This document shows positions 35,836 through 48,998 of a DNA stretch of 64,000 bases, in pieces. A model generated the notes under the pieces. It was not told the origin of the DNA, made no database searches, and saw nothing but the letters and a program-made list of their open reading frames with translations. Position numbers and translations under genes: made by a program. Each line of letters opens with the position of its first letter. The stretch's first letter is position 1. This stretch comes from Mesotaenium endlicherianum (taxonomy: Eukaryota): contig WELA01002297.1 of the NCBI GenBank assembly GCA_009602735.1, forward strand, positions 335,097-399,096. Reading direction: 5' to 3'.

Positions 35836-38399
35836 ACGCTCGTCGAGCTGGGCGGTGTAGGTAGGCGTAGGAAGGGGGCGATAACCCATGGCAAGATTGC
35901 CTGCCTGCGCTGGTGGAGGGTAGGAGCGCTGAAGACTGTGCTGATGGGGCGCCATGCGGAGGGCTGCCACAGTACGCTCTGCGTAGTGACGGGTAAGCCA
36001 AGGAATGCGCTCGAGCAGCGGCTGCGGGCGAGCGGTGCGATCATGCGCCTGGTATGTGCGCCAGCGCGCGCGCGCATCCGGCAATGCCTCCTCGGGCATT
36101 GGGCGGGCCATAGCCTGTGCGTTGCGCACGCACTACAGCTGCCACCGGTCTCTCGCCCTGTGGTCGGCGTGGTGTGACGCGGCGTGGGCCAGCTGCTCTG
36201 TGGCTGTGCGCTGGTGCAGCTGGGGACGCTGATCGAAGTACAGATGCTGACGCTCAAGAAGATCCGCCTGGATGCAGACGGAGTGCTCGTCCCTGGCTGT
36301 TGCCTATCAAGGGCGGACAAGCTGACGTGGAGCGAGCTGGACTCGGGGACGCAGCGCCAAAAAGAGAAGCGAGCCGGACGCGCTCCTGTTGGCGGAGCTG
36401 CATGATCTCGGCGCGTATGGCGGTATTAAAGGGATGGCGGCGGCGGGGCCCGATAGTGGTACGGGCCACCTTATGAGGAGGTGACCCAAACGGCCCGTTG
36501 CCGGCTATGTGGCTGCGCGGGACGGCGGCAGGCCAGCCGGGCGTCGTCTGGTACAATGCGTGAGCTGCAGTAGTGGAGGAAGATTGAGCGTCATCATCTC
36601 CGGTGCGAAGATCACGCGGGCCGTTGTAAGGCGATGTGACTGAGCGCAAGCGCGTCTCGTGCAAGGGAGTGATGTCCCGCTCCTTGCAATGTGGAGTAAC
36701 CTCCTGTGCTCTCTTGTGCGTGTCGCGCAGAGGCGTGACCTTGCGAGCATCCCTGGCCTGCTCGCGGAGAGGGGTGAGCGCACGTGCGCGCCGGTCTGGC
36801 GGCATAGTGCCGCGTGCAAGGCGCAGAGCAGGACTAGCGTAGGGGGAAGGACCTGTACGCGGAGGGCCGAGGATGCTGCTCCTGGGTCTTGGCTGCCGAG
36901 CATGTACGGCTCCTAGGTCGGCGGCATGGAAAGGTGCCGTGGAGGCGACGCTGGCTGAGGCGCGAGCCAACCTGCTTGTGCCCAGGTTGTTGCCAGCAAA
37001 CAAGTGCGTGATGTCACGGCACTCGTTGCTGGTCAAATAATTGTGCTGTATGGGCCAACTAGGCCTGCCAGCACATCGATGGGCTCGACTGGGACTGGCC
37101 GTAGTCTCGTGCGAGAGAGTGCTGAAGCCGGGAGGCCCTGTTGGCTGGCGTTGGACGCGAGCCGTAGGCGTGGGCGGCGGTGGCTCCTCTAAAGGCTGGG
37201 TTGCTAGCTCCTCTGCGGCCTCCTGGGACCACTCGTGCCACTCCTCGTCCTCAAAGCTCTCCAACGACGCGTTGTTGGACATGCCTAGATACGCCGCCTG
37301 CCTCATAGCCTCATCCTCGGATGTGGTAGTGCGCGGCTAGGAGTCACCCGTCTTGTGCGACGGTGCAGGCAAGGGCGTTTGGGAGGCCATGCGGTACTGC
37401 ATGACAACTCCCACCGGAACGTCATGTTGTACGCGGATGTCCAATCTCGCAAGGGATCCACTCGCCGCTGGAGGCTGTGACCGGGGGGCGACTACAGCGC
37501 TGTCGTTGCGTCGTGGGCGTGCGCTGTAGCAGTGAAGGCAGCCGTGGCAATGGTGTGTGCCTCGACGGCGTCTGCCGCCATCTGATGCATCATGGCGTTA
37601 TGAGCAGCGTAGATCCGTACTGTCTCCCTGGCTTGTGCGGCGAGAGCGTCAGCCTGCTCCTGTAGCGTGAGGTGGAGCTCGGCGCCAGACAGCTTGGGCT
37701 CCTCTTCCTGTGTCTCAAGAAAGTCGGAGCCGACGGAGACCTCATCATCCTCGGCTCCTCCCTTATTGGCCTGAACCACGGGCCGGCCGTCGTCCTGCTC
37801 CATGCAGGGTTACGCCGTACGCTTGTACGCTTAGTTCGACTAGTACGCTAGTTCGCTTAGTACGGTGTTCAAAAAAAAGGACTAGTTCGCTTAGTACGCC
37901 AAGTCACGACGGCGTCGACGTCAAGTAGCTACGACGTCGACGTCTGATATCGGTCGCACGTGTACAAATACCACGTCGTGTCAGACTTTTGTTTTTGTTC
38001 AAAATGGCAAATTTCTTCCGTGCGCGTTCGGAATTTTTTACCTGCCCGATTTGAAACGATGATTAGCGAAAACTTGATCAAACTATACCATCAGAGCGTC
38101 ACCGGTCGGGTTTGAACTCCCGCCACCAGGTGCAGGGTTCAGTGAGCTATCCGAAGTGCCGTGCACGATTCTATGGCAGGCCAGTCTTTGTTGCATTCTA
38201 GTTAGCATTCACTATCTGCTGAGAAAAAAGAATTATGATAAATCACGTATCAGGTGCAACCCAACGGATTTGATCCCCCGTCACCGTATGCAAGGAGCGA
38301 TGCTTTACCACGCTGCCACACGCTGAATCTTACGTAAGCTGCTTTTTGTTTGGAAAATATAAATACCCGTTGTCCATGAATAATGTCGACGGCATTTAT

Positions 38400-39300
38400 C
38401 GTTCCTATTCTGGGAGGGCTGCTTAGCAGACCTGTTTTTTGTACTTCCTAATTGATTTATTAGTTGAACAAGAACAGTCAGGAGTATCATTACTACTTTA
38501 TCAAGTAGAATAAGCTTGAAGGAAGAGGTGTATACATGATTCAAACTCTTAACAAGCATGTGTAAGAAATAAGAAGTTCTTATATATGCCATATTTAAGA
38601 GTGACTGAAATTTGATTTCTCGACAAAACGTCTAACCATGGGAGGGCCGCTTAGCAGAGCATGTTTTCTGTACTTTCTAACTATTTTATGAGTTCAATAA
38701 GAAGGCTTAGTAGTATCATTGCTTCTTAATGGAGTATAATAAGCTTCAATGAACAAGTGTGAAGAAGATTCAAACTCTTAAGAAGCATGTATAACCACCA
38801 ACAAGTACCTATAAATGCTACGTTTAAGAGTGATTGACTTATTCACAAAAAGTCTAACACTAAGAGGGCTGCTTAGCAGAGCATATTTTTGTACTTTGTA
38901 ATTATTTTATTAATTCAATAAGGAGGCTTAGAAGTATCATTGCTTCTTAATGGAGTACAATAAGCTTAAATGAAGAAGTACAAAGACGATTCAAACTCTA
39001 AACAAGCATGTATAAGAACTAAGAAGTACCTATATATGCTACTTTTAAGAGTGAGTGAAATTTGACTTATCGACCAAAAGTCGAACACTGAGACAGCCGC
39101 TAGGCAGAGCATTGTTTTTGTACTTCTTATGTTATTTATTAGTAAAATAAGAAGGCTTAGCAATATCATTGCATTTTGATCGGGTATAATAAGCTTCAAT
39201 GAAGAAGTGTAAAGAAGATGCAAACTCTTAACAAGCGTGTACAAGATCTAAGAAGTACCTATAATTGCCAAATTTAATAGAGAGTGCAGTGTGACTTAGC
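38400..39300. repeat. About four AT-rich tandem repeats of ~225 bp in the hAT 3' region
   Basis: Recurring GGCTGCTTAGCAGAGCAT...ATAAGCTTCAATGAAGAAG...TTCAAACTCTTAA units starting near 38414, 38643, 38864 and 39093. Confidence 0.85.
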
Positions 39301-39362
39301 CAAAAAAAGTGAGTGAGAATACATGCTACCTCTACTACATATATGTTAGCTGACAGACACAT

Positions 39363-40733
39363 CTAGTAACCGATCTCTCTAGGCCTCCTTCTTCCTCGAG
39401 CTAAAACACTAGGTCGCTCCTCCAACTCCTCTTCCTCCACCTCCTCATCCTCTACCTCTATCTCTTGTTCCTCACTCAACGAGGCATACATGGCAAGATT
39501 GAGACCCTCCTCTTCAGGTGTCTCCAAGAACTCCGCTTCTTCAACCCATGGAGTGGCGCCAACACTTGGTCCAAGGAAGTCCAAGCTCTTCTCCTGAAGT
39601 CTCAACATAGAATGCACGTACACCAACTTCTTTGCTCTAGTAGGGAGCAGCCTATTGCGAATCGGACTATGAACAAACCCGTACTCAGACCAATTTCTCT
39701 CACATGCAGCTGCTGAACCAGGTTGTGACAATATTCTCATAGCAAGAAGCTGAAGGTTAGGACAATGACTTCCGTATGTTTCCCACCACTTGTGAGCAGG
39801 CATCATAGTCTTATTAGCCTTGCAAACATCATCGCCAAAAATGTCACCGCTCTGCCGGTAGAGTGCCAACTCTCGATCCACCAACGCTCGATCAAGCACA
39901 CTCCCTCCGACAAGGGTATTCCGCACGTTGGACCAATCGGTTAGTAGACACTTCTCAACTGCCCAAGACTCATGGTCTTGGAATTCGGGGTCCAGATAGT
40001 AGCCTGTAGCCAAACAAAGTCAAGAAGCACACTCAGTATATGAGAACGCAATGCACATCACAAAAAAGAGAGCAATAACAATAACAAGCACAATAACAAT
40101 AACAATGATCAACTCACAATAACAAGCATGCAAGAGAACAGCAGCCGCCGAGCAAGAAAGGTGAGCAACATCAAAATAGACTTTTACCCGCAGAATGTAG
40201 GGGGCTGTGAAGTTGGTCCCAGCGAGCCTTCACGTCCTTCTTAACTTGGGTTCTTTGTGTCGGTTTGAGTCCTTCAACCTCAAGCACATGCTCTTTAATG
40301 GCACTCATGCGAGCCCAGATCTTCCCGAGAGAAGGTTGTGGAGAGTCGACTAGTCGAAGGAGAACTACGATCAGCTCACACACAGCTATCCATACCTTCA
40401 CTTGCTCCCAAAGTTCATCGTCGCGAACTAGGTCTCTAATCTCCGTAGCCTCACCTACACAACCATTCTTTGCCGCCCACTCAAACCATCTTCTTTCAGA
40501 CACCATAGCTTGTAAGGTATCCCTTACAACGNTACAACGTCTTTGCAAGCAAAGGAAGTTACTAGCAAACCTCGTGGGCCCTGGCTTCAACAAATCCAAT
40601 TTATTTCCAAGCCTTGCCCCATGCTCACGGTAAAGAGCGTGAGGCATGTGGTGGTTTGCAACAAATTGGACCAAGTGCTTGAAGCTATCAATTATGCCCT
40701 CGAGCTCTTTTATCTTTCCTATGTCTTTCAACA
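39363..40733 (-). CDS. hAT transposase, C-terminal two exons (intron about 40006-40188); N-terminus lost in the gap
   Basis: KPGPTRFASNF...RWDQLHSPLHSA|GYYLDPEF...WWETYG...LAMRILSQPGSAAACERNWS. No stops apart from the n-join at 40532. Confidence 0.85.
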
Positions 40734-41283
40734 NNNNNNNNNNNNNNNNNNNNNNNNNNNNNNNNNNNNNNNNNNNNNNNNNNNNNNNNNNNNNNNNNNN
40801 NNNNNNNNNNNNNNNNNNNNNNNNNNNNNNNNNNNNNNNNNNNNNNNNNNNNNNNNNNNNNNNNNNNNNNNNNNNNNNNNNNNNNNNNNNNNNNNNNNNN
40901 NNNNNNNNNNNNNNNNNNNNNNNNNNNNNNNNNNNNNNNNNNNNNNNNNNNNNNNNNNNNNNNNNNNNNNNNNNNNNNNNNNNNNNNNNNNNNNNNNNNN
41001 NNNNNNNNNNNNNNNNNNNNNNNNNNNNNNNNNNNNNNNNNNNNNNNNNNNNNNNNNNNNNNNNNNNNNNNNNNNNNNNNNNNNNNNNNNNNNNNNNNNN
41101 NNNNNNNNNNNNNNNNNNNNNNNNNNNNNNNNNNNNNNNNNNNNNNNNNNNNNNNNNNNNNNNNNNNNNNNNNNNNNNNNNNNNNNNNNNNNNNNNNNNN
41201 NNNNNNNNNNNNNNNNNNNNNNNNNNNNNNNNNNNNNNNNNNNNNNNNNNNNNNNNNNNNNNNNNNNNNNNNNNNNNNNNNNN
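40734..41283. other. Assembly gap (550 N)
   Basis: Run of N. Confidence 1.
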
Positions 41284-41886
41284 ACATTGTTAGCACTAGT
41301 GAGCTAAGCCTAATTGAAGATCCATTACCAGAACCAACCACAAACAAACGGAATAAAAAACTTCCATAAACAAAACATGAATACATATACAAGTAACAAG
41401 AACAAGCGAGCGAGGAAGCGAGGTCATGAAAACGAGGTAAAGAAACTTACAAGAATGATCAGCAGATGTAGAATGAACAACAAGAGGCTACAGAGCTGTT
41501 AAGTAGGCCTCAAGTTTGGCTTGTAAATATTCGCGGCTGCACTACACCGAAGCAGATGCGTATGTGCAAGAGAGGGAAATTGGAACCAATGTCATGGTGG
41601 CCCAAATATTGGTGAAACTTTCACTTGTTTTTTTATGTTCCCGCCGTTGCTGATAAAACTTGTCTGCATGTACTGTCATGTTTCATCGCTTCGATCGACG
41701 ACAATTTTAAACTAATAAGTGAAACGGAGCGTGCAGTGCCAGACGTGAATACGTCGGCGCGTCACTGGGCGGCGCGCACGAGTTGAAAATTATTCGTACG
41801 CTTAGTACGTGCGTACTGGTTCAGTACGCTTAATTAAGCGTACGAGGGTCGGCCTGTACGGCGTACGGCGTAACCCTGGCTCCATG

Positions 41887-42450
41887 AAGCCGTAGAGGGC
41901 GAACTCAGCTGAGCGATAATCCACGATGTCTAGCGGCACGGATGCAATGCGGGTCCCCCTGATTGCTAGTCAGGTCTGTAGAAGACCTGCTCCACCCAGT
42001 TATCTACTGCGCCGAAAGGAAAGAGAACGTCTTGGCCAAGGAGCACGTCGAAGGTCTCAGAGCGGGTGACCAACGCGTGCCGGTGGATGGTAGTCTCATC
42101 CGAAGTGCCGGGCCGAAAGGTGAAGCGAAGGGCCAGCCGCGTGCGCTCGGTGACGATCTCAGACGTGCCAGCCGCAGTGTTGATCCGCGTCGACGAATCC
42201 TCTAGGTCCGCTGACGAGAGGCCCAACTGGCGGAAGTAGCGCAGGCTGATGAGGACTGGTTGGGCGTCAGTGTCAAACATGAAGCGTTGCGAGGCCTGCG
42301 TGTTGACTAGCACGATCCCCTGCGAATTATCCAAAAACGCAGCGTTAGGCGTGCTGATCGTCCTGCGCTCATGCGCAGGTCGTGCGAGTGCGCAGAGCAC
42401 CGCGGCTGCCACATCGGGCGTTGGCCTGCCGTCAAAGGCGCGCTAGCTAG
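41887..42450 (-). pseudogene. Aspartic protease of the inner Gypsy (repeated at 46007-46570 and 56111-56674)
   Basis: FMFDTDAQPVLIS (DTGA-like), INTAAG, FDVLLGQD. Confidence 0.85.
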
Positions 42451-44879
42451 CCTTGCGCAACTAAAGCAGTAGCTGGGTTGCCTGTCGCGTGGCCTCTTTT
42501 GACAGGCCGAGCTCCGCAAAGGAGACGGCTGGCATCCGGTGTAGCGCCAGCGAGATGACCTCGGCGTTGAGATGCACTGTAGTCATCGGCGAGGCAAGTG
42601 CGCGAGGTGCGAGCGCAGCTGGCTCTGTTGGCATCTCTAGCACGCAAAAGGAGCGGGGCAGAGGCGGCGCCTCCTCTGTGCGGCGGCCTTGGTCTGGTCC
42701 GCTGTGCTTCTGCGCCATTGCCGGTCGCCCGACTGTCGCCACGAGTGTGCACTTGCGTCTTGCGATGCCCGCTGCTGTGCGGCTGCCCAATGGCCGTGTG
42801 CGTGTGCAGCACGCCGAAACGGAGCCCGGCGCTGCTGCGAGAGCGGGAGTGGCAGCTGCTGGCGCAGCTGCAGGTGCTAGCGCAGCAGCCGAAGCTGGCG
42901 TAGCTGGCACTCGCGCAGCTGCGTGCGCAGGCGAGACGGCGAACGCCTTGGCTGGCGCAACTGCTGGCGCGAGCGCAATTGTTGCTGGCGCAGCCGTGTG
43001 CGCTGGTGCAGCCGCCAGTGATGGAGCTGCTGCAAGCGCGTACGTAACAACTGCTGGCGTGGCTGCCGACGCTGGCGCGTGGGCGGACGCGGGCGCTTCC
43101 TCAAACGCGGGCGTAGGCGCTGCTGGCGCAGGCGCGTGCGCAGCAGCTAAAAACGCGGCCGTCACTGGCGCAGCTGCGTGAACAGTTGCAGCTGCTGGCG
43201 CGGGTGCTGGCACGCTTGACGCTAGCATGTTTGGCGCTGGCAAGCCCACCGCTTGTGCGGCAGGTGTCTAGTGGGCTGGCGCTCCTGTCGTTGGCGCAGC
43301 GAAGGTGGCGAGAGCTAGTGCGGCTGCTCCTGAGCATGCCTGCGCAGCTGCCGGCGCAGGTGCCAGGCCTGCTGGCACAGCTGTCAGAGCTGGCGCCGCA
43401 GTGACCCACCTGGCGCTGGCGCTGTTAGTAGCGCTGGCTTTGGTCCTCCTGCAGCTGGCGCCTCTGCGGACGCTGACGCCTCTGCAGGAGCGGCTGCGGA
43501 TGTTAGCGCAGCTTCGAGCGTAGGCTCTTTGGCTGCTGGCGCGAACGCTGGAGCTTGCGCAGGCTTGGCTGCTGGCCGGCTGACAAGTTGCGCCTTGAGG
43601 TTGCTCCTGAGCCTGCTTGGTCGCGTCGCCCGGACGGTGTCGGTGTCTGCCTTGACTGCATGCTGTCCGTGGCGCCCTTCAGATGGCGCGTGCGCTTGCC
43701 AAGACCCTCACCACGCTTATTGTGCAGGCCTGAGGGTTTTGTGCGCAGCCAGGCTTTAAGCCCTGGCTGTGCTTAGCTGTGTACGTGCCGTCAATGCTCC
43801 GAATGGCGGTCCGGCCACATAGCGCAGTTGGGGATGCCCCCCCCTGATTGAGGATGGCGTTCACGGCCGTTAGATCCGCGCTGGCTAGGCTGGGCTGCGT
43901 GCGCGTGCCAAGTGGCAGCACGTGTGCGCAATTGCTATACGCAGCTGCTGACGTGGCTGCCGTGAGGTGGTTGCGTGGCTGGCGGCTGAACAAGCCTCGC
44001 AGTGCTGTGCGCGGCGTGAGCGGGCGCGTGCGGGCATGTGCAGGTGTGTAGCTACCGTTAGGCAGAGGTTCGCCAGTCGCGCACGCGACAAGTGGCGACA
44101 CCTGCTGGAACCTGTTGCTTGCGGCAGCCAGCAGGGGGCGGACATCGGGAGGTTGCCGGTCGGTGCGCAGGTCTATGCATGGGCGGGCGACATGTAAGAC
44201 GTGGGACGCTGCACCCGTAATAGCCGGCTGGCAGGCCCGCCCTATCGCGCCACTTGTTGCTCCGCAAGCTGCAGACAACTCTGCTGGCATCAGCAGGACA
44301 ACGGAGGCCAGAGGAGCTGCGAGAGCTTGCGCTGGCTGCCCTGGCGGGAGTGGCTGCCTGTCGGGAGGCGTGTTTGCGGCGAGGGATGGCGAGACCGTGC
44401 GGGCTTGCGGCCTCCCATCTGGCAGCCTGTCCAGAAGGAAGCCGTTGCTACTGGCAACTGTCAGTGCGACGTGCGCAGAGCTGGCAGGAGCATCTGCGCA
44501 GACGTCTGCCGCGCTGGCCGCAAGAGCTTCGTCGAAGGGCGGGCGTGTGCGGGGCTGCAACGTTGCTGTGGTGCCAAGTGACAGCCTCTAAGGCTGCCCC
44601 GTGTTGGTGCTGCAAATGTGCGCAGAGGCTGCGCGGACGCCGGCTGTCAAAGCTGGAGCGTCGGTCGGCGGGACGCGTGCAAAGAGGGCTTTGCACGCGT
44701 CGTAACTGTCGGCGGCAACTACGCCACGGAGTCTGGCGATCTCCGCGTTGGCCTCCACGAGGGCGTCGCTGACATCATCGAAGCTGCATTAGTCGGCTCC
44801 GAGGGTTAGCGCGTCGTCCATGGTGGCCGTGGCTGCCGTCATTGAGGGGCATCCACCCGTGCGAGGGTTACGCATGCCN

Positions 44880-45245
44880 GAGCCCCGACAAATGCAAGAG
44901 AGGGACTGGCAGCCAGCCCCAACTAAAATCTTAAAATAGCAAGTAAGGGGCTGGCAGCCTGCCCCACAAAAGCAAGCAGGGGGCTGGCAGCCAGCCCCGA
45001 CAAAAGCAAGCTCAGGGCTAGCAGCCAGCCCCACAAAAGCAAGTAGGGGGCTGGCAGCCAGTCCCAACAAACGCAAGAGAGGAACTGGCAGCCAGCCCCA
45101 ACTAAAATCTTACAATAGCAAGAGGCTGGCAACCAGCCCCACAAAAGCAAGCAGGAGCTGGCAGCCAGCCCCGACAAAAGCAAGCTCAGGGGTGGCAGCC
45201 AGCCCCACAAAAGCAAGCAAGGGGCTGGCAGCCAGCCCTGACAAG
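44880..45245. repeat. ~32-bp tandem repeat (GGGGCTGGCAGCCAGCCCCACAAAAGCAAG) from the hAT interior; also at 49444-49536
   Basis: About 11 units running continuously into the duplicated hAT 5' end; bounded by n joins. Confidence 0.85.
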
Positions 45246-45403
45246 CCAAATAGATCCCCCATGCCAAAAAAGACAGCAGAAAAGAGGAGGGGAGAGGCGC
45301 ATGTGACCTGATGCACTTGTCTGTGGACGGTGGCACGTCGATAGGCGCTAGATGGGTTCAACTTTGTGCTCTTTGTGTAGGCCTGCCTCTCACATGAACA
45401 TTG

Positions 45404-48400
45404 ACATTGTTAGCACTAGTGAGCTAAGCCTAATTGAAGATCCATTACCAGAACCAGCCACAAACAAACGGAATAAAAAACTTCCATAAACAAAACATGA
45501 ATACATATACAAGTAACAAGAACAAGCGAGCGAGGAAGCGAGGTCATGAAAACGAGGTAAAGAAACTTACAAGAATGATCAGCAGATGTAGAATGAACAA
45601 CAAGAGGCTACAGAGCTGTTAAGTAGGCCTCAAGTTTGGCTTGTAAATATTCGCGGCTGCACTACACCGAAGCAGATGCGTATGTGCAAGAGAGGGAAAT
45701 TGGAACCAATGTCATGGTGGCCCAAATATTGGTGAAACTTTCACTTGTTTTTTTATGTTCCCGCCGTTGCTGATAAAACTTGTCTGCATGTACTGTCATG
45801 TTTCATCGCTTCGATCGACGACAATTTTAAACTAATAAGTGAAACGGAGCGTGCAGTGCCAGACGTGAATACGTCGGCGCGTCACTGGGCGGCGCGCACG
45901 AGTTGAAAATTATTCGTACGCTTAGTACGTGCGTACTGGTTCAGTACGCTTAATTAAGCGTACGAGGGTCGGCCTGTACGGCGTACGGCGTAACCCTGGC
46001 TCCATGAAGCCGTAGAGGGCGAACTCAGCTGAGCGATAATCCACGATGTCTAGCGGCACGGATGCAATGCGGGTCCCCCTGATTGCTAGTCAGGTCTGTA
46101 GAAGACCTGCTCCACCCAGTTATCTACTGCGCCGAAAGGAAAGAGAACGTCTTGGCCAAGGAGCACGTCGAAGGTCTCAGAGCGGGTGACCAACGCGTGC
46201 CGGTGGATGGTAGTCTCATCCGAAGTGCCGGGCCGAAAGGTGAAGCGAAGGGCCAGCCGCGTGCGCTCGGTGACGATCTCAGACGTGCCAGCCGCAGTGT
46301 TGATCCGCGTCGACGAATCCTCTAGGTCCGCTGACGAGAGGCCCAACTGGCGGAAGTAGCGCAGGCTGATGAGGACTGGTTGGGCGTCAGTGTCAAACAT
46401 GAAGCGTTGCGAGGCCTGCGTGTTGACTAGCACGATCCCCTGCGAATTATCCAAAAACGCAGCGTTAGGCGTGCTGATCGTCCTGCGCTCATGCGCAGGT
46501 CGTGCGAGTGCGCAGAGCACCGCGGCTGCCACATCGGGCGTTGGCCTGCCGTCAAAGGCGCGCTAGCTAGCCTTGCGCAACTAAAGCAGTAGCTGGGTTG
46601 CCTGTCGCGTGGCCTCTTTTGACAGGCCGAGCTCCGCAAAGGAGACGGCTGGCATCCGGTGTAGCGCCAGCGAGATGACCTCGGCGTTGAGATGCACTGT
46701 AGTCATCGGCGAGGCAAGTGCGCGAGGTGCGAGCGCAGCTGGCTCTGTTGGCATCTCTAGCACGCAAAAGGAGCGGGGCAGAGGCGGCGCCTCCTCTGTG
46801 CGGCGGCCTTGGTCTGGTCCGCTGTGCTTCTGCGCCATTGCCGGTCGCCCGACTGTCGCCACGAGTGTGCACTTGCGTCTTGCGATGCCCGCTGCTGTGC
46901 GGCTGCCCAATGGCCGTGTGCGTGTGCAGCACGCCGAAACGGAGCCCGGCGCTGCTGCGAGAGCGGGAGTGGCAGCTGCTGGCGCAGCTGCAGGTGCTAG
47001 CGCAGCAGCCGAAGCTGGCGTAGCTGGCACTCGCGCAGCTGCGTGCGCAGGCGAGACGGCGAACGCCTTGGCTGGCGCAACTGCTGGCGCGAGCGCAATT
47101 GTTGCTGGCGCAGCCGTGTGCGCTGGTGCAGCCGCCAGTGATGGAGCTGCTGCAAGCGCGTACGTAACAACTGCTGGCGTGGCTGCCGACGCTGGCGCGT
47201 GGGCGGACGCGGGCGCTTCCTCAAACGCGGGCGTAGGCGCTGCTGGCGCAGGCGCGTGCGCAGCAGCTAAAAACGCGGCCGTCACTGGCGCAGCTGCGTG
47301 AACAGTTGCAGCTGCTGGCGCGGGTGCTGGCACGCTTGACGCTAGCATGTTTGGCGCTGGCAAGCCCACCGCTTGTGCGGCAGGTGTCTAGTGGGCTGGC
47401 GCTCCTGTCGTTGGCGCAGCGAAGGTGGCGAGAGCTAGTGCGGCTGCTCCTGAGCATGCCTGCGCAGCTGCCGGCGCAGGTGCCAGGCCTGCTGGCACAG
47501 CTGTCAGAGCTGGCGCCGCAGTGACCCACCTGGCGCTGGCGCTGTTAGTAGCGCTGGCTTTGGTCCTCCTGCAGCTGGCGCCTCTGCGGACGCTGACGCC
47601 TCTGCAGGAGCGGCTGCGGATGTTAGCGCAGCTTCGAGCGTAGGCTCTTTGGCTGCTGGCGCGAACGCTGGAGCTTGCGCAGGCTTGGCTGCTGGCCGGC
47701 TGACAAGTTGCGCCTTGAGGTTGCTCCTGAGCCTGCTTGGTCGCGTCGCCCGGACGGTGTCGGTGTCTGCCTTGACTGCATGCTGTCCGTGGCGCCCTTC
47801 AGATGGCGCGTGCGCTTGCCAAGACCCTCACCACGCTTATTGTGCAGGCCTGAGGGTTTTGTGCGCAGCCAGGCTTTAAGCCCTGGCTGTGCTTAGCTGT
47901 GTACGTGCCGTCAATGCTCCGAATGGCGGTCCGGCCACATAGCGCAGTTGGGGATGCCCCCCCCTGATTGAGGATGGCGTTCACGGCCGTTAGATCCGCG
48001 CTGGCTAGGCTGGGCTGCGTGCGCGTGCCAAGTGGCAGCACGTGTGCGCAATTGCTATACGCAGCTGCTGACGTGGCTGCCGTGAGGTGGTTGCGTGGCT
48101 GGCGGCTGAACAAGCCTCGCAGTGCTGTGCGCGGCGTGAGCGGGCGCGTGCGGGCATGTGCAGGTGTGTAGCTACCGTTAGGCAGAGGTTCGCCAGTCGC
48201 GCACGCGACAAGTGGCGACACCTGCTGGAACCTGTTGCTTGCGGCAGCCAGCAGGGGGCGGACATCGGGAGGTTGCCGGTCGGTGCGCAGGTCTATGCAT
48301 GGGCGGGCGACATGTAAGACGTGGGACGCTGCACCCGTAATAGCCGGCTGGCAGGCCCGCCCTATCGCGCCACTTGTTGCTCCGCAAGCTGCAGACAACT

Positions 48401-48998
48401 CTGCTGGCATCAGCAGGACAACGGAGGCCAGAGGAGCTGCGAGAGCTTGCGCTGGCTGCCCTGGCGGGAGTGGCTGCCTGTCGGGAGGCGTGTTTGCGGC
48501 GAGGGATGGCGAGACCGTGCGGGCTTGCGGCCTCCCATCTGGCAGCCTGTCCAGAAGGAAGCCGTTGCTACTGGCAACTGTCAGTGCGACGTGCGCAGAG
48601 CTGGCAGGAGCATCTGCGCAGACGTCTGCCGCGCTGGCCGCAAGAGCTTCGTCGAAGGGCGGGCGTGTGCGGGGCTGCAACGTTGCTGTGGTGCCAAGTG
48701 ACAGCCTCTAAGGCTGCCCCGTGTTGGTGCTGCAAATGTGCGCAGAGGCTGCGCGGACGCCGGCTGTCAAAGCTGGAGCGTCGGTCGGCGGGACGCGTGC
48801 AAAGAGGGCTTTGCACGCGTCGTAACTGTCGGCGGCAACTACGCCACGGAGTCTGGCGATCTCCGCGTTGGCCTCCACGAGGGCGTCGCTGACATCATCG
48901 AAGCTGCATTAGTCGGCTCCGAGGGTTAGCGCGTCGTCCATGGTGGCCGTGGCTGCCGTCATTGAGGGGCATCCACCCGTGCGAGGGTTACGCATGCC
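45404..48998. repeat. Near-identical duplicate of 41284-44878 (offset 4120), probable assembly artefact
   Basis: Identical ORF sets at a fixed offset; the first copy is bounded by the N gap and an n at 44879. Confidence 0.9.

Larger units (their letters stand above)
37805..41878 (-). mobile_element. hAT DNA transposon with intact TIRs and 8-bp TSD, inserted in the inner Gypsy pol
   Basis: TIRs CAGGGTTACGCCGTACGC / GCGTACGGCGTAACCCTG; TSD GCTCCATG at 37797-37804 and 41879-41886. Spans an N gap, so the true length is unknown. Confidence 0.95.

Noticed and set aside
38092..38325. Functional tRNA genes
   Set aside because: A/B-box-like motifs only; the stems do not pair convincingly.
42489..44772. 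Plus-strand Ala/Gly-rich ORFs
   Set aside because: Antisense shadows of the GC-rich gag-pol linker.
44880..45245. CRISPR-like ~32-bp repeats
   Set aside because: Contiguous tandem units with no unique spacers, no cas genes, eukaryotic transposon context.
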